A stretch of DNA of 64,000 bases, from assembly GCA_977030845.1 (NCBI GenBank), contig OZ365113.1:20212001-20276000 (forward strand). Direction: 5' to 3'. The notes under the pieces are model-generated. The model had not been told where the DNA came from. It saw nothing but the letters and a program-made list of their open reading frames with translations, and made no database searches. Shown here piece after piece: positions 50,962 to 64,000 of the stretch. The DNA is from Fimbriosthenelais zetlandica (lineage: Eukaryota). Positions within the stretch are counted from its first letter, which is position 1, and each line of letters starts with the position of its first letter. A program made the position numbers and the translations under genes.

Positions 50962-52153
50962 GACCACACATTACTGTAGCGAGACTTGTGTCTATTTGTA
51001 ATGCTCTCTGGCATGCCATTGGCTTTCTCAACCATGTCCTAATCAGGTTTGGTGAATTGGAATTTTAAAACACCGTTTCTTACACTTGTCTCAATCATTG
51101 AGTTTCCCACTGAATATTAATAAAATAATCGGGAAATATTAGAGGAAGCTGTTCGAATAGTTAGATTTGGAAACACTATACTGACCTGCTCTTAAGCAGC
51201 ACTAGCTATGCCTTTTTTAAAACCTCAGCATCTTGAAAGGCAATATGTGCTGGGAAATTTAGCCTGGGAAATCTAATTTGAAGATGGTGCGTATTATTTC
51301 ACTTAAGAAGCACCTTTGTTGAGAATGCTGATGCCGTTCTCTGTGATCTTCATCTTTTTCCCATCCCATTTTCCCTCATTCCCCTCGCTATATTACTGCC
51401 TGTGGTAAAGTGACCACATGCACAATGCATAATTCATACCTTCTTTGCCCCATATACCCATTGCCTCAACACCCTCAAGGCTTTTCTGCGATGAATGTAC
51501 ACCAGTCTTTTTAGAAGCTTGCAGAAAATCCCAGGACTCTTTCTTCCATTCAGTCCTTTCCTCGGAGCCTTTGGCACCTCGATAAACATATAGACAGACC
51601 CTTCCCAAGAAAGATGACTGAAACATATACGAAAAGAATCAATACCGCAAAAACTCAAGGGGCTTTTCAACAGGGATGCGGACCTTAGAAGAATGGCATA
51701 ACATGACCCGTGAATGAAGAGTTAGAGATGCGGACCAGAGCCCGAAAATTACTCATGTGGCCAGGACTTCAGAGACAGGCAGTGATTACTGGGCACCCTT
51801 GAGAAATAAGCAAAATTGAGACGGCATAGGACTACGTGGGATGGAACCGTCTGTCTTATTATTGATATGTCTATAAAAGGGAATGTCTCCATATACGCCA
51901 AGGATGAGTTTCCCTTCCATTAAACCTTGAGGCTAAAGGTCACTGACCGCGATAACAAATCTGTAAGGAACACCTTGTATATTTTTTCATTTAAAGCTCC
52001 CTTATAAGGCATCTATTCATTTTTTATCACGCTACGTTCATTGCTCTCTGTGGCCAAAGAAAGCTAATTGGATTAATGGCCCCCGGAGGTTTTTGCCTCT
52101 ATGAGACTTGTCTGGCGGCTGCAGTATGTGCAAAGATTGTGGTGAAAGGTCCA

Positions 52154-52205
52154 TTCTTATATAATGCCACTTTTCTTATATAACGCCACTTTTCTTATAC
52201 AACGC
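52154..52205. repeat. 19-bp minisatellite, ~2.7 copies
   Basis: TTCTTATATAA(T/C)GCCACTT units. Confidence 0.8.
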
Positions 52206-52252
52206 TATATAATTGCTCATTTGCTGATTTTATGGTTAGTGTTTGCCGCCAT

Positions 52253-52405
52253 GGAGCCTGTTTCCAAAAGAAATTGGCCATAGACTTAACATTGCTAATT
52301 TTCCTTTTGAAATGGGACACTGCCCTTAAGTACAGGAGCCCATTTCAAAACAAAAATTAGCCATAGACTTAGCATTGCTAATTTTTCTTTTGAAATAGGC
52401 CCCTG
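52253..52405 (+). mobile_element. Two tandem ~70-bp MITE-like elements (52253-52322 and 52333-52405)
   Basis: Both read GGAGCC(T/C)(G/A)TTTC(C/A)AAA...TT(G/A)GCCATAGACTTA(A/G)CATTGCTAATTTT...TTTTGAAAT(G/A)GG; copy C has ~18-bp TIRs CAGGAGCCCATTTCAAAA / TTTTGAAATAGGCCCCTG. Confidence 0.75.
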
Positions 52406-55400
52406 ATTTTGACACCATCACCTTGTTGAAATACACTGTAGCTTTAAGTGGGAATGGAGACGACATTTTGGAGTAGATGAGCTCTCCTTTCTCTCTATGA
52501 GGAATGTCTGTTGTAAAATGCCTGTCACTGATTACAAGCAGCCGTATAGTGCAGTGTGTTTATAAGTATAGGCCTGCAGCAGATAGAGGCTTCCTCCGTT
52601 TGGAGAAGATAAGGGAAGGTGGAGTCATAACACGATCAGGTCAATAATGTTCTGCTGATCTACAATACAAGTCTGCACTGATAAGCCACCATATGCCTGC
52701 TACTGAAACACATGGTCACATTATTAATGTGTAATGTATGGTAATGGCTGCTGTCTTATCAGATATTGGCACCAGCTCAGTAATCGTACTCTTGAATTAC
52801 CAAGCATGACTTACAAGGGAAGACAACTCCATTAGCAGCACAATACCCTAATGGGGAAACTACCTCAATACCTCTATATCCATTTATTCCATTTCCTCCT
52901 GCCTAGCTTAGTAATGACAACTTTGATGCAGTATGTTACATGTGTGGTTTTTCCCGGTGTTTGAAGAAATGCAGTTGTTTTAATTCTGTTTCCGATGGGC
53001 TCGTCCAACCGGAATGACATGAACGACTTGGAGAGCATGGCTTACCTACATGGCCTGGGGAGGTTTCCTCTTATATTGCGTGCTGGATATTGGGGTTAAA
53101 ACTCTGCCTTTTTTATGCATGCCGTTCGCTGTATTAGGTCCATGATGCATGTTATTGCTCTCAAGACTAATGGAAGAATATAGTGGTATACATAATCCAT
53201 GAATATGAACTCCTCTGGCCAGATTTGAATGCTACAGGAGTTGAACATTATATTCAGCTCAATCTGGTATATTCACTCCTCAAGGCCCTCATATTTTGTA
53301 TTTTCAACAATTAAAGGTACAAAGAACCACTTGAATTAGATTAGTGCAATAAAATATACACTATCAAATGCAGTCGCTGGAAACTAAAAGCAATGTTTAT
53401 GTTCAATATTTTGTCCATACTCATGAATTCAAAACAGTTCAGTTTTTTGCAAAACATTCGTGATGCGTACTAAATTCACATTGGTACATTACATTGCTGA
53501 ATGAATATGAATGGATGAACCATTAAATTGCGCCATTAATGCTGGAAATAGAGTATTTATTATTCACAACGTCCAAAAAGCTTGGAACAAATCAGCTGAC
53601 CTATGAGTGTAAATCTATTAAAAACATGAGCACACATGTGAGGTCAGTGACTGTGCCTCCAAATCCACACATAAACTCTGTGTATATAATATAAGAGGCT
53701 GATGTGAGGGCAAACCATACCTGGTGTTTGATGCGTTTTCACATCATAAAGCATTAAGCTTTAGCTTCTTAGGCTGTATAGGAGGAGGGGGGTCAAAGCT
53801 GGAGTGACATGATAGTGTGACTGAGTGAGATGGTAGGCTGAAGTGATCATGTATAAACGTGCACAGGGCAGTGCCCTACCAATCGTGCATGCGGTAGGAA
53901 CAGGCCTTCATTAGCAGCCAATGGAGAGGAGGGCCAAGGCTCAAACTATCAAAAATGGTGGTGCAGCAGATTTTGTCAAACATGATTGATACTAATTGTG
54001 TGTTGCTGAAGGAGAAAACGCACTAACCAGAGGCCGGACTGAGGCTGGTAATTTCCCTGTGGGATTCGAGTCTCCCATGGGCATCATCAGCGACTCCTTA
54101 GAAAACAAAACAATATTATGTAATATCCAAAAGGTTGAGTATTGGGACTGGTTTTTGTGTCTTCGCTTAGACTGCATCAATAAACCTGTGGGTGAAATTA
54201 ATGCGAAAAGGTGATGCTTCAACCTAACCTCTGATATATCAGAACCCCTACTTTATACCTGTGTCAATGCTGAAGAGATAACGGAATATAGAGTTTACCA
54301 TAGTGTTTTTAGGCAGGTACTGCCCTTTATACACTACTGTCATTCTTTTGCTAACTTCCTAAGCGCATCAGCACTTGAAACTGGATTTTCTATCAAGAGA
54401 TACCTGGACCATTGTTTCCTGGCCACCATTTATTAAAACAAAGACTGTTTTTATACCAAGTAGAGCTGTTATCCCTGCCTATAACCCCTGTCTAGGATGA
54501 TAACGGACGAGGCATCAGTATGATTACTATGCTTTTAGCTGGATTAGTCTGACAGATTTCCACCTAGATCTGGAGATCCCGTTATCATGGCTCATCATCA
54601 TTCCCTCTGCATGATATTGTTCAGTTTCACTCTATTTTTACATCCAGTTGTATGTACCTGACGCTGTCTGGAACATATTTCTCCCCCATATTTCATTTAA
54701 TTGTATCAGAACAACCAGCATTTTCCTGATATATATATCCGCCACTGATACATGTATTTTCCTAATGATGCACTTAATGGTGAATGACACAAAATAGTAT
54801 CTGTTTACTTTCATTGTTATGTATCGTCTGCTAGTAAGATGGTATCTGGGAGCGTCTGTTTTGTGTACAGGTAAGCTGCCATCTTATGATTGATTAAGAT
54901 AGCTATCGTGTTGTTAGTATATATTAGCTACCAACAGAAAGACAGATTAGCAAATTATGAAGGACATGATAGAAAGAGTAGCTTCATAAAGGCTCTCTGG
55001 TGATCTCTCAACTAGGAGTGATTCACACTGGCACAAAACAACGCTCCATCAGATTGTCACAGGGCTAAAGGTCGCCAAACTGAGCCTCTGTCTCCAAGGT
55101 CACACAATCTCAATGCTATTATTGCCAGACACTGCTATACAGCGTCGTCCATATTGTGTACTCGCCAAAAGTCCAAACTCCACCCAACAAACCCGGCAAA
55201 TATTATCGATAATGATATGTTCGAATTAAATGCCAAAGCATCTAAATTATCGACTACAGTATTTTGAATTGCAACTTCTGACGATGAACAAATTAGCTAG
55301 ACATTGAAAACAGAGTTTCTGTGAAAGATTATTTTGCCTTATAGTACAGCACTGGATATCATATTTTATAGCTTTTATAGGGTGTCCTATGAAGAAGTAA

Positions 55401-58400
55401 TTATATTTCCTCCAGTTTCCTGTGCATTATTTATTGTTTATGGCATACACGATCATATGCTATGGCCTATTTGTGGCTGCATGGTCTAAATTCTGTTTTC
55501 AGTAGCAATTCCTCTGTTGTAGGCTACTGATGCAAGCTAACATGCCATTGGCGTGAGCATACATGTGTTCTCATTCGGACATTGACCTATATGTTGGTTC
55601 CATCTGATATTAACTCAAATGATAATCACGAAATTCAATGATTGCTTGCGCCAAGGTCTTTCAATGACTTGAAGTCGAAACCTGAGACCTCACTTGAAAC
55701 CTGCATTAACCTGATTATTATTTGCATTGCGAAAACATTAAAAAATCAGAGGGAATCGCGGAAGTTTGAGCCAATTGAGGCTCAAATACTCATCACTCGT
55801 AATTTGGTGTGTGAATGTCATTCATTTTTCTGACATCATCTTGTGAAACACTGAGGTCATATGAGTCTGTGGGCGTGTAGAAAGATTCTTTTCGATGGCA
55901 TTTAGTTCAGCCCAATGTGGCGCCTAAGATGGATCTAACTTTCTCAGCCTTGAGACAATGATGCATGGATAGAGGAGGAGTCGCAAGGCAAAGGCTTGCT
56001 GACTCACACTGCGTCTACCAGATGCATCACCCAAGCTTTGGGAGCAATGATCATTAATATGGTTAAACCCAGACCATGATATTTCCCTGACAGCTATCCT
56101 ATCAGGAATCAGTCATTGCGACTTTAGTGTCAGATAAGTATGTTTGCCCAGAATTCAACCTTTTGGCTGGTCCAACAGGAGATAAGACAAGAAATGTGCA
56201 GCGGTGGATATGAGGGTGGTTGATCATTGCAATCATCATACATGATGCTGTCTTCAGCTAAGATTTTATGAATGGCTGATCACTTTAACGAAGAGGTCAC
56301 CAGAGAAGATATTACCTAGGAAATGCTAGCGAAGGGATCACGTTCAACTGCGGGGTATAGAATTGCAGCCTTCAACTCAATGAGTGACTGACCAAAGCAT
56401 CTCTCCACTTTCAGTATAGCACATTCAACAATAGGGATGTGTTCTAGATACCCTATTGCCCTGCTCGTTGATGTGGAATTCCTGTTCCAGATTATAATGC
56501 TACCTGTCTCTGCATGTTAGTAGATATAGTGACCACCGGAGAGTAAAGTGACCAATGCTTGACCAGGTTAATCATTCCGTGCAATAAGTCTAATCTTGGT
56601 TGTCAGCAGAAGGCCACACTTTGTCTGCGAAGTCACGGACAACAGACAAAGCTAACACACACCCTCCTCCATTATACCGGTTCACCTGGCTGTTCCTACC
56701 CACAGATTGAGACCAGAGTAAATCCAAGCTTAGGGTAGCAGCAGGCAAATAAAAGGCTGACCCATGCAAGGTACGATGGCCAGAAAGGAGCCATTCTCAT
56801 TCAAGTCACAGGGATAAAAATTGACGGGGGCGGAGAATAGTGGTGCAGACAAGAGTGTGAATATAAGCTACTTCCCCAAGCCTTTTAAGGTTTATGTGTC
56901 ATTTTTACATTTCTGAAATTTGAAAATTTGAAAACAAATGCAGCACTGATCTCAATCAAACTGATTTGTTGATTGTTGGCAACGCAGATCTCTACATCAA
57001 ATTTAACTGTTGATCGCTTGTGGAAATATTTACCTTCAATGTCTAAGTGTAGGTATATGTCATTCTAGCGAGCTCACAGGAGGCTTGAGAGCTAGAGAAT
57101 GAGTCTCGGTTTTCTCCCATGCTAAAGCCTGTAGTGTTAATACCATCCATCCTATTCTTTGTAAGGCTGTGTTTGATCTTATCCCTCTGGAGGGAGCCCT
57201 CGGGTACTTACCTCCACCACAAGACTAAGGGATGAGGCTTTTACCTTCATCCTTTAACTGATGTAAGCCTCGTGTGTAAGGCATTCTCTTATGAATTGCA
57301 TATATCTAGAATAAGCTCTTAAGACCGGAGTGCAAATACCCGTTCTGAACACTTTGTGAGAGGGCCCGCGAGGCAAAGCTGAGCTGATGGTATTTACCCA
57401 AAAGGAAAAAAGCTCATTATTTCAGCAAGATAAAGGACTTCCAATTTGTACTCCTACAGTACAGACCCTATATGTGACGCGTCATTTTTCAAACCACTCC
57501 ATAACATAATGCACATGAATGAATTCGTCAGATCAGCGTATATCAGAATTACCTCCTTACAGGATATACTTCTAACCACATTTTATTCATAAAGCAATGC
57601 TAAAGGTTTTCACGTCAGACGGGCTATACATGCCATGCTCAGACAGCAACATGTATCTAATAATTGATTTGATTTCCTAATACACTGCTGAACCTAAGAG
57701 AATGGATATAACACTGCAGTTCCCACCTCAATTATTTACAAGGCTTACTGCGGCCCCTTTTTTGTCTTCAGTAACTCCTGCGTTGACATCAGAAGACCCT
57801 GCAGCTTGGTCTTATACTCATTTTACTCTCCACTAGACTAGCCTAACTGTTCCCCTAGGATCAATGATACCCTGTAAAACATTGCCTCTTTCCGCCATAC
57901 TGCCCACTCCTCCACAACTGGAGGCTTGACGTGTTTCTCTACAGGGTCTCCAAGCCAATGCCTCATCATACTTTACAAGTAGGTCACTTCACAATGGTGT
58001 CCTCCATCCAGATGTGACTTCTCCACATAAACCTTCCTGCTACTGGTATTGGGTTCTCACTTCACCATGTAGATAAAATTAGCATGGAACTCTTGAAGGC
58101 TGTTAAGTATGATGAGCTGACTCGAGGCAATTGTATAGATCCGATTTCCGGCTTCTTGTCAATTGTAATTCATGTTTGGTGATTCTGCCAGGGCAGATTG
58201 GCTTATGGATCTGTATCCTCCCTTGTCTGATTATCCTCGATAGATGTTCTGATCCAGTCATGTTTCAAAATTTGAAATTCAGAAGTTGGAAAAAGTCTTT
58301 CTCTGTGTGTCTAATCGTTGTTTCGACATTCCACTACAATTTGTGACGCTTTGCAATGCATTTAAACGTGAATAGTGTTATTATCTCAATTTCTGTACTC

Positions 58401-61400
58401 AACACATACTAAATTCTAATATGAAATACTAATGACTTCAAGCCCAACTATCAAAGGATCATCTGGTGAATTACCGTAGAAGTTCATAATGGACATATTT
58501 TAAGTGAAATGAATATATGGCAAAGTCATGCGGCTATTACTCAGATAGATGAAGGTGGGAAAAAAGAAGAAGGGTGAGGCTTTTGGGAGCAATGTTAATG
58601 TTCCAAATAGAAAAGACACTCTGAATGAGCTTCCCAATGGACCAGCTTCCTCAGCCGACCTGCTGCTGTTTTGTGCACGAGGTCTTAAGCAACCTTAGGT
58701 ACTCCCTTAGATGGTTGGCCTGATCACAGGGACCTCTTGGGAAATAACAGAGGCCTTATCAGGTAATAAATGATGAAAAATAAGAATCACAAATACGATT
58801 TCCTTCACTTGAAATCGATATTGAAGGTTGTTTCTTGCGCCTCGCCTCCCTTTAAATGTCTCCCACGTTTCCTGCCAAAATTGAAAAAGAAAGTAGAGTG
58901 TTTAGCCTTAACATGATGAGAAGCCACCAATCATCGTGAAAATTCTCCTCTCGCTCTGGGGTCTTTGTTTGGGCTTCTGTCTGATCAATGCTAGAGATAA
59001 TCAGAATTAATTTCTCTATTGATTACACTCCACAAGGTCGATGAGGATTGCATTCATTGCGTTCTGGCCTCCCCTCTGTCAGTGTGGTCTTAGGCCTTTA
59101 GGCCAGTTCCCTTTTGATTCGGCCCTGAAATCAATTACTTCTAAGATAGTTTGCGCTATCAATATTCCTAGACGATGAAGAAATAAGATACGGTGAAGGG
59201 AACAAAAAACGTATAAATTTTCTTCTGGGCCAAGTTAAAAAGCAACAAATTTGAGAAGTGCAATTGGGAGAGGATGCCCAGACAAGATGAAGAATTAAGC
59301 GAATGAATCAGAACATGAATGATTCATAATGGAAAAGATGAATTAAGTCTGCAAAGGAGGAAGGTTGGATTCAAAGGGATTCTCGTAGGAAAACACAGCG
59401 GAAAAGAAATCAAGAAAGATTAGCGGAGGTATTCTGTACAATAAAGAAATTGTCATTGGCAGAATTGCAAACAACTAATGAACTACATTGAATTGTATAT
59501 AATACAGTCATGTATGTTTATACGATCCTCAAAGTGGAACCAGCGGTGGATGTTTTATAAACTACCAGTCAACATCAGCATAACATTCATGATGTGTTCA
59601 CAGGTTGCTATCTTCTCGCCTCGAGCACAGATGCATCTTATCTTCCCGTTGACCAGCCATCTAGGACACCCAGACCCGTCAATCTGCCCCCCTTCCACCT
59701 CTCAATCTCCTGGACTTAATGAGTCTATGGCCCAGATATGACATGGTCATGATTCAGACCAAGGCTGGGTTCACTTAATCAAGCTATAGCCTTTTACTGC
59801 AGAAGCTGGCAACCAGAGTACACTGTCTCCTGGGCATGACCTATATAACCTGTAGAGTTCATGCTAAGGTGTCTATTCATCAGCTTTGATGGAAGAAACG
59901 AAAAATATTATGCAGGACCTGCGTCGTTTTATCCTTTCTTCATCGATATTCAGACTGTTGCCAAGAAGCTAAAAAAACTTGATTTATGCGAACTGGAATC
60001 ACTCTGACAATGGCACAGGTAGTGTATGGACTATGAATTAGAAGCAAAGAAATATATCTAATGTGCCAATAACTACAATATGGCCATCTATATACCATAA
60101 ACGGTCAGCAATGGTTTTAGCTGGCCTTGTCACATGACCGATTACCAGTTTGCCATCATCGCGGCTGAATTAATCTCTGGCCAAATCGATTAACTCCACT
60201 AGCTGTGAGGAGGCTTTCTCCCCCGAAAAAAGGAAGCACCTGCCTTTTCCACTAAGATCAATGGAAGGTATACACGACTATGGTGCGGCTCTCTGTCTGG
60301 GGAGTTATGATCTATTCCCTTTTGTAGAGTAGACCCTAGGTAGATAGATAGCATGGCATTGCTAACTCGATTTGTCTACTCTTTACGAAAAGAGCTATAA
60401 ACCTGGGACGATAAGACTGAAAAGCAGGCCAACTGATGGGTCAGTTTATCGTCACTTGGTATAAGTGGATTCTGTCCTTTAAGGTCAGCATTATATGAGG
60501 TGCTGAAGGTCCAACAGTTTTATTACTTGGCGTATATGACCAACATCAGGTTTATGGCAGGGGGTTGTATTAACTTTCATAGGAGAAAGGATTTTATTGA
60601 TGGCAGGGATGAGGAGGGGTGTATGAATGGCTGCTATGTTTTTAATGTGTTTCTGAGTCAATTCATCTTTGGTATCTTTCTACGACATGTTTCATTCAGA
60701 TGGAGTCAGTCTGTACCAGATATGGTTAAATGACTTACACCGCAGACCTAAGTATGTCATCATTGGCTTGAAGAGGGTACATGATTGTTGGTTTAGTTGA
60801 CCATCTTCTCTAGATTGTGGTAAAACTCTGTGAATTTACTGTGATGTTTAGGGTAATTTGCTCGTTCCATCTCCGCAGGGCGTTTCTGAAATGGTTCCTC
60901 TTTTGAACATTATTGTATATGTACCTTATTTCCTCGTGATGGACTGCTGATCATTATCAGGAAGTTGCACGTACATATTGCATGTGGATGTATTACACAC
61001 GATGTAGTTCGAATGAAACTTTTGAATTTATTGTACGTCTCTCCTATATATCTCTGCTACATATTCCGAAATGCCACATGTATACAAATGTCATTTTCTG
61101 CAGTGGGAAAATCTTGCTATTCTTGATACGCTTCCACTTTGCTGCTTTCTGTATTACATCCCATAGACTAGAGAGGTCCATATAATTCCCATATAGGCGA
61201 TGTATAGTAGGTGGATTTACCATGGAGGTTTGAGCTGGCATCAAAAAAGGAGCATGAGTAGCTATATATATGTGACCATAAACTCACAGTCCCTGGGAAA
61301 CCCACAGGAGGTTGCATGTGCGCTTGTTGCTATAGGAAGAGGCCATCTTTTGTTTCATCTCCTCTGAAGCGTCTGGAAAGCTGGCTCTTTTTGCCATGCT

Positions 61401-64000
61401 GCACTCTTATCTATGACGTTAACTGTCTATTGTCAGTAGAACCTTGGTTGGCAGATCTTTTATATACTACACTACACGTAGTGTATGCAGTGATATGTAA
61501 TTATTTGAATGGCATTATTTGTCTCCATTCCTGGCTTCAAAAAATCATTTTGAGACCTATGTAGCATATTGGAACGTAAATTCTCAAGATAAAAAAAAAT
61601 CCATTTATTTCTCTTGAGGGTTTTATATTTTGAGAACCACTAGATCTACCCGGAACTGGCTTGCTCTTCTGTGATATCCACATCTTCTCAATTTTATATT
61701 TTGACTGGCGCCTAAAACTTTCCTGTTCTATAGGCGAGTGCATTTGGAGGCCTAAAATCTTCCACCGAGCGAGTTCAGCAGCTCTTGAAATCGATTGCAA
61801 TACAAGCTCTCCCAGAGTTTTGATTTGCTCATTCAAGGGGAATCAATATAAAATGCATCTTTGGAGGCAAAAAACACAAATGATGCCTGTGGTCGTTATC
61901 GACAGATGCATTAGTGACTGAAGCCCCCTCCTCATCTGTGGTAATTTGAAAACGTCCTCTGTCCCCTTCATGGGTCCTTTGACCCTATGTACTCTGTTGC
62001 CACGGTGTCAATCTACTGCATTCTTTCACTCGACCTACATTTCACCCTTCCATAACTACTATTATTTTACTATCCTCTGACCTTAGAATGCTCTGTCATA
62101 ACAATAACTTTGGGATATTGGGTTGAAACTAGGGCATTGGAATATTTGGCCAGTTATTGCCCCAGAAAAAAACAACCTGTAGCAGTCCTAAGGCCAGTTT
62201 TATTGCTCAGCAGTTCCCTCATGTGAGGTCATTATGTCATTTCCATGAACATGTTCTCCATTACAACTGCAAGAATAACGTTACATGCGGACCTAGGCAT
62301 TTTGATCACCCTGTATATTTGGATAGTTTGCAATTAGATTACCATAGGATTGTGAATATCACCTGGGTTCCATGTTGGATTTATTGTGTTTTAATATTTG
62401 TCTATTGTCGGCTTGCCTATTCCATGTGTTGTTATATGGAAAGCACCATGACGCTTGCTTCACTCGACACAGCTATAACACGGCCCCTTGAACACACTTT
62501 CTCAAGGCAGGGTGCTGAGATTCCTTTATGCCAGCATCCCCAAGAGGCCACCACAAATGTTATATTAAAACACTTCCACACTCTCCGGGAATTAATATTC
62601 CCCGGGGCTTGATACACTACACTATGTCCCCGGCAGCTTCATGGAAAGACTCCAGAGGCCTTTTTTAATATTCAAATAATTAAAAAAGACCGGTTGTGCA
62701 ATTCATCAGGTGTTTTTGTGTTTCCCACAGTTGATACGAGTCTTTGTTTCCCTAATAAAAATGCATCCTCCTTGTCTTTCCCAATTTCATCACATGACAG
62801 GTTGAAATAATGACATTAGCCAGCTTAAAGTTAAATGGCTTTTAGCTGCCAAGAAGCGGTGAAAAATTCATTCCGGTATGTACTATTTGTAATCTATTTA
62901 GAATTTTGAAATCACCAGGAAATTCAATTATGCAGATGCTTAGAGGTAACTTCTGTAGTGCCATAGGAATGTTCACAATGGAGCAAGCGAATATTATGTG
63001 TTTATATCCGAAATAAATATACAGAACACCTGTATATATATATATCAACCGTCTGGTTCAGAGCATATATCAGTGTACGGTTCTATACGGCACTCTATAT
63101 ATTATATATAAAGCTTTGACAGAAAAAACATATCCTTCATGTGTACATATGAAAGGGAACGCTATTGATTTTCGGATCAGGACCCCCCATTCAGCTTCAT
63201 TCAATCTACATTTAAAATATTTGCCCGTGAATAAAACTCAGTGAGTGAGGTAAGAGGAACCAATATCTCCCATGGTGAAGGAAATGTTCCCTGTGGTCAG
63301 GCATGACACCACCAGCGGATATTGAGAGACTGGCATCTGAGATTGCTTGAGCTGTAACCATAGCAACACATTTTGCCTGCCCCCAAGGGAAACATTACGA
63401 AATTCATATCCAACATGATGTTGTTTTCACCCGGAATGGCGTTCATTTCATAGGGGGCAATTTTATTAGGGGATTATTTGTGGGGGCTGTTATTCTCCAC
63501 AGAAAAGCTGTCACATCTCTTTGAACGTATATATATGCCCCTGACGTATACGATTGGTCGTCCCTAGGGTGCGTTCAAGGAATATGAACCTGGCATAATG
63601 AAACTCGCCGCCGGCGCTGCGTTTTTATCTGCATTCTTGGCAGACGCCCATGTCTGTGTTGTATCCAGTCAAGCGTTAAGAATCCTATACCAGACGCATA
63701 TCATAACCCATATTAATGTTTTATATGGAGTCTATATACTAAAGATTTCCTTATCACCAGTCCCAATGTGCCATTCATTGCGATAGATATAGATGTATCA
63801 GACTCCAGTCCTGCAGTCGATAACAGCTAAAGAAAGAGAAGTATCGGAATAGGCCTAGTAGGTGATATTTGCTATATCTATAAGATGGTTCATGTGATAA
63901 GCATCATTGGGTGTTCAGTCAATAAATGGAAAAACGAAAGCTGCATCATTATACTCGTGTAGTCAGCTACTCTGTTGGTAGTTACTTCATCATCTATACG

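Noticed and set aside
54020-54090. tRNA T-arm-like GTGGGATTCGAGTCTCCCAT
   Set aside because: No cloverleaf, A-box or acceptor stem; at most a SINE relic.
57212-60740. Strong minus-strand donors (57211, ~58474, ~60738) as candidate aGPCR signal-peptide exons
   Set aside because: In-frame stops close upstream or no hydrophobic signal peptide in the required phase-1 frame.
62157-62612. 151-aa plus-strand ORF
   Set aside because: No recognisable domain or splice signals; composition looks non-coding.
63598-63786. MKLAAGAAFLSAFLADA... signal-peptide-like ORF in a CpG-rich patch
   Set aside because: Wrong strand for the aGPCR, no donor site and no supporting downstream exon.

Overview
AT-rich, intron-containing animal genomic DNA. 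An invertebrate deuterostome such as an echinoderm is my guess from gene content and style; it is not proven. I could reconstruct four spliced protein-coding genes by hand, each with phase-consistent GT-AG junctions: (1) BBIP1/BBIP10 (minus, 4385-4910); (2) a 444-aa beta-tubulin with an axonemal EGEF tail (plus, 10344-13267), head-to-head with BBIP1 across a cluster of RFX X-box-like motifs; (3) BPHL/valacyclovir-hydrolase-like alpha/beta hydrolase (plus, 14681-16911); (4) a large adhesion GPCR (minus, 21287 to at least 48039, 17 coding exons, at least about 1570 aa). The receptor has an unusual FN3 - 19xEGF - HormR - GAIN/GPS - 7TM architecture, Notch-type O-glycosylation consensus sites, a remodelled GPS/Stachel and an ADGRA-like 7TM; its signal-peptide exon was not found. 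Also present are degraded LINE and Ty3/Gypsy-like remnants, a ~70-bp MITE family, short hairpins and tandem repeats, a CpG/ETS/YY1 promoter near 3.3 kb with a possible unannotated spliced ORF, and strong clustering of the palindrome TAGGCCTA near housekeeping-type promoters. No rRNA, tRNA or CRISPR array was found.
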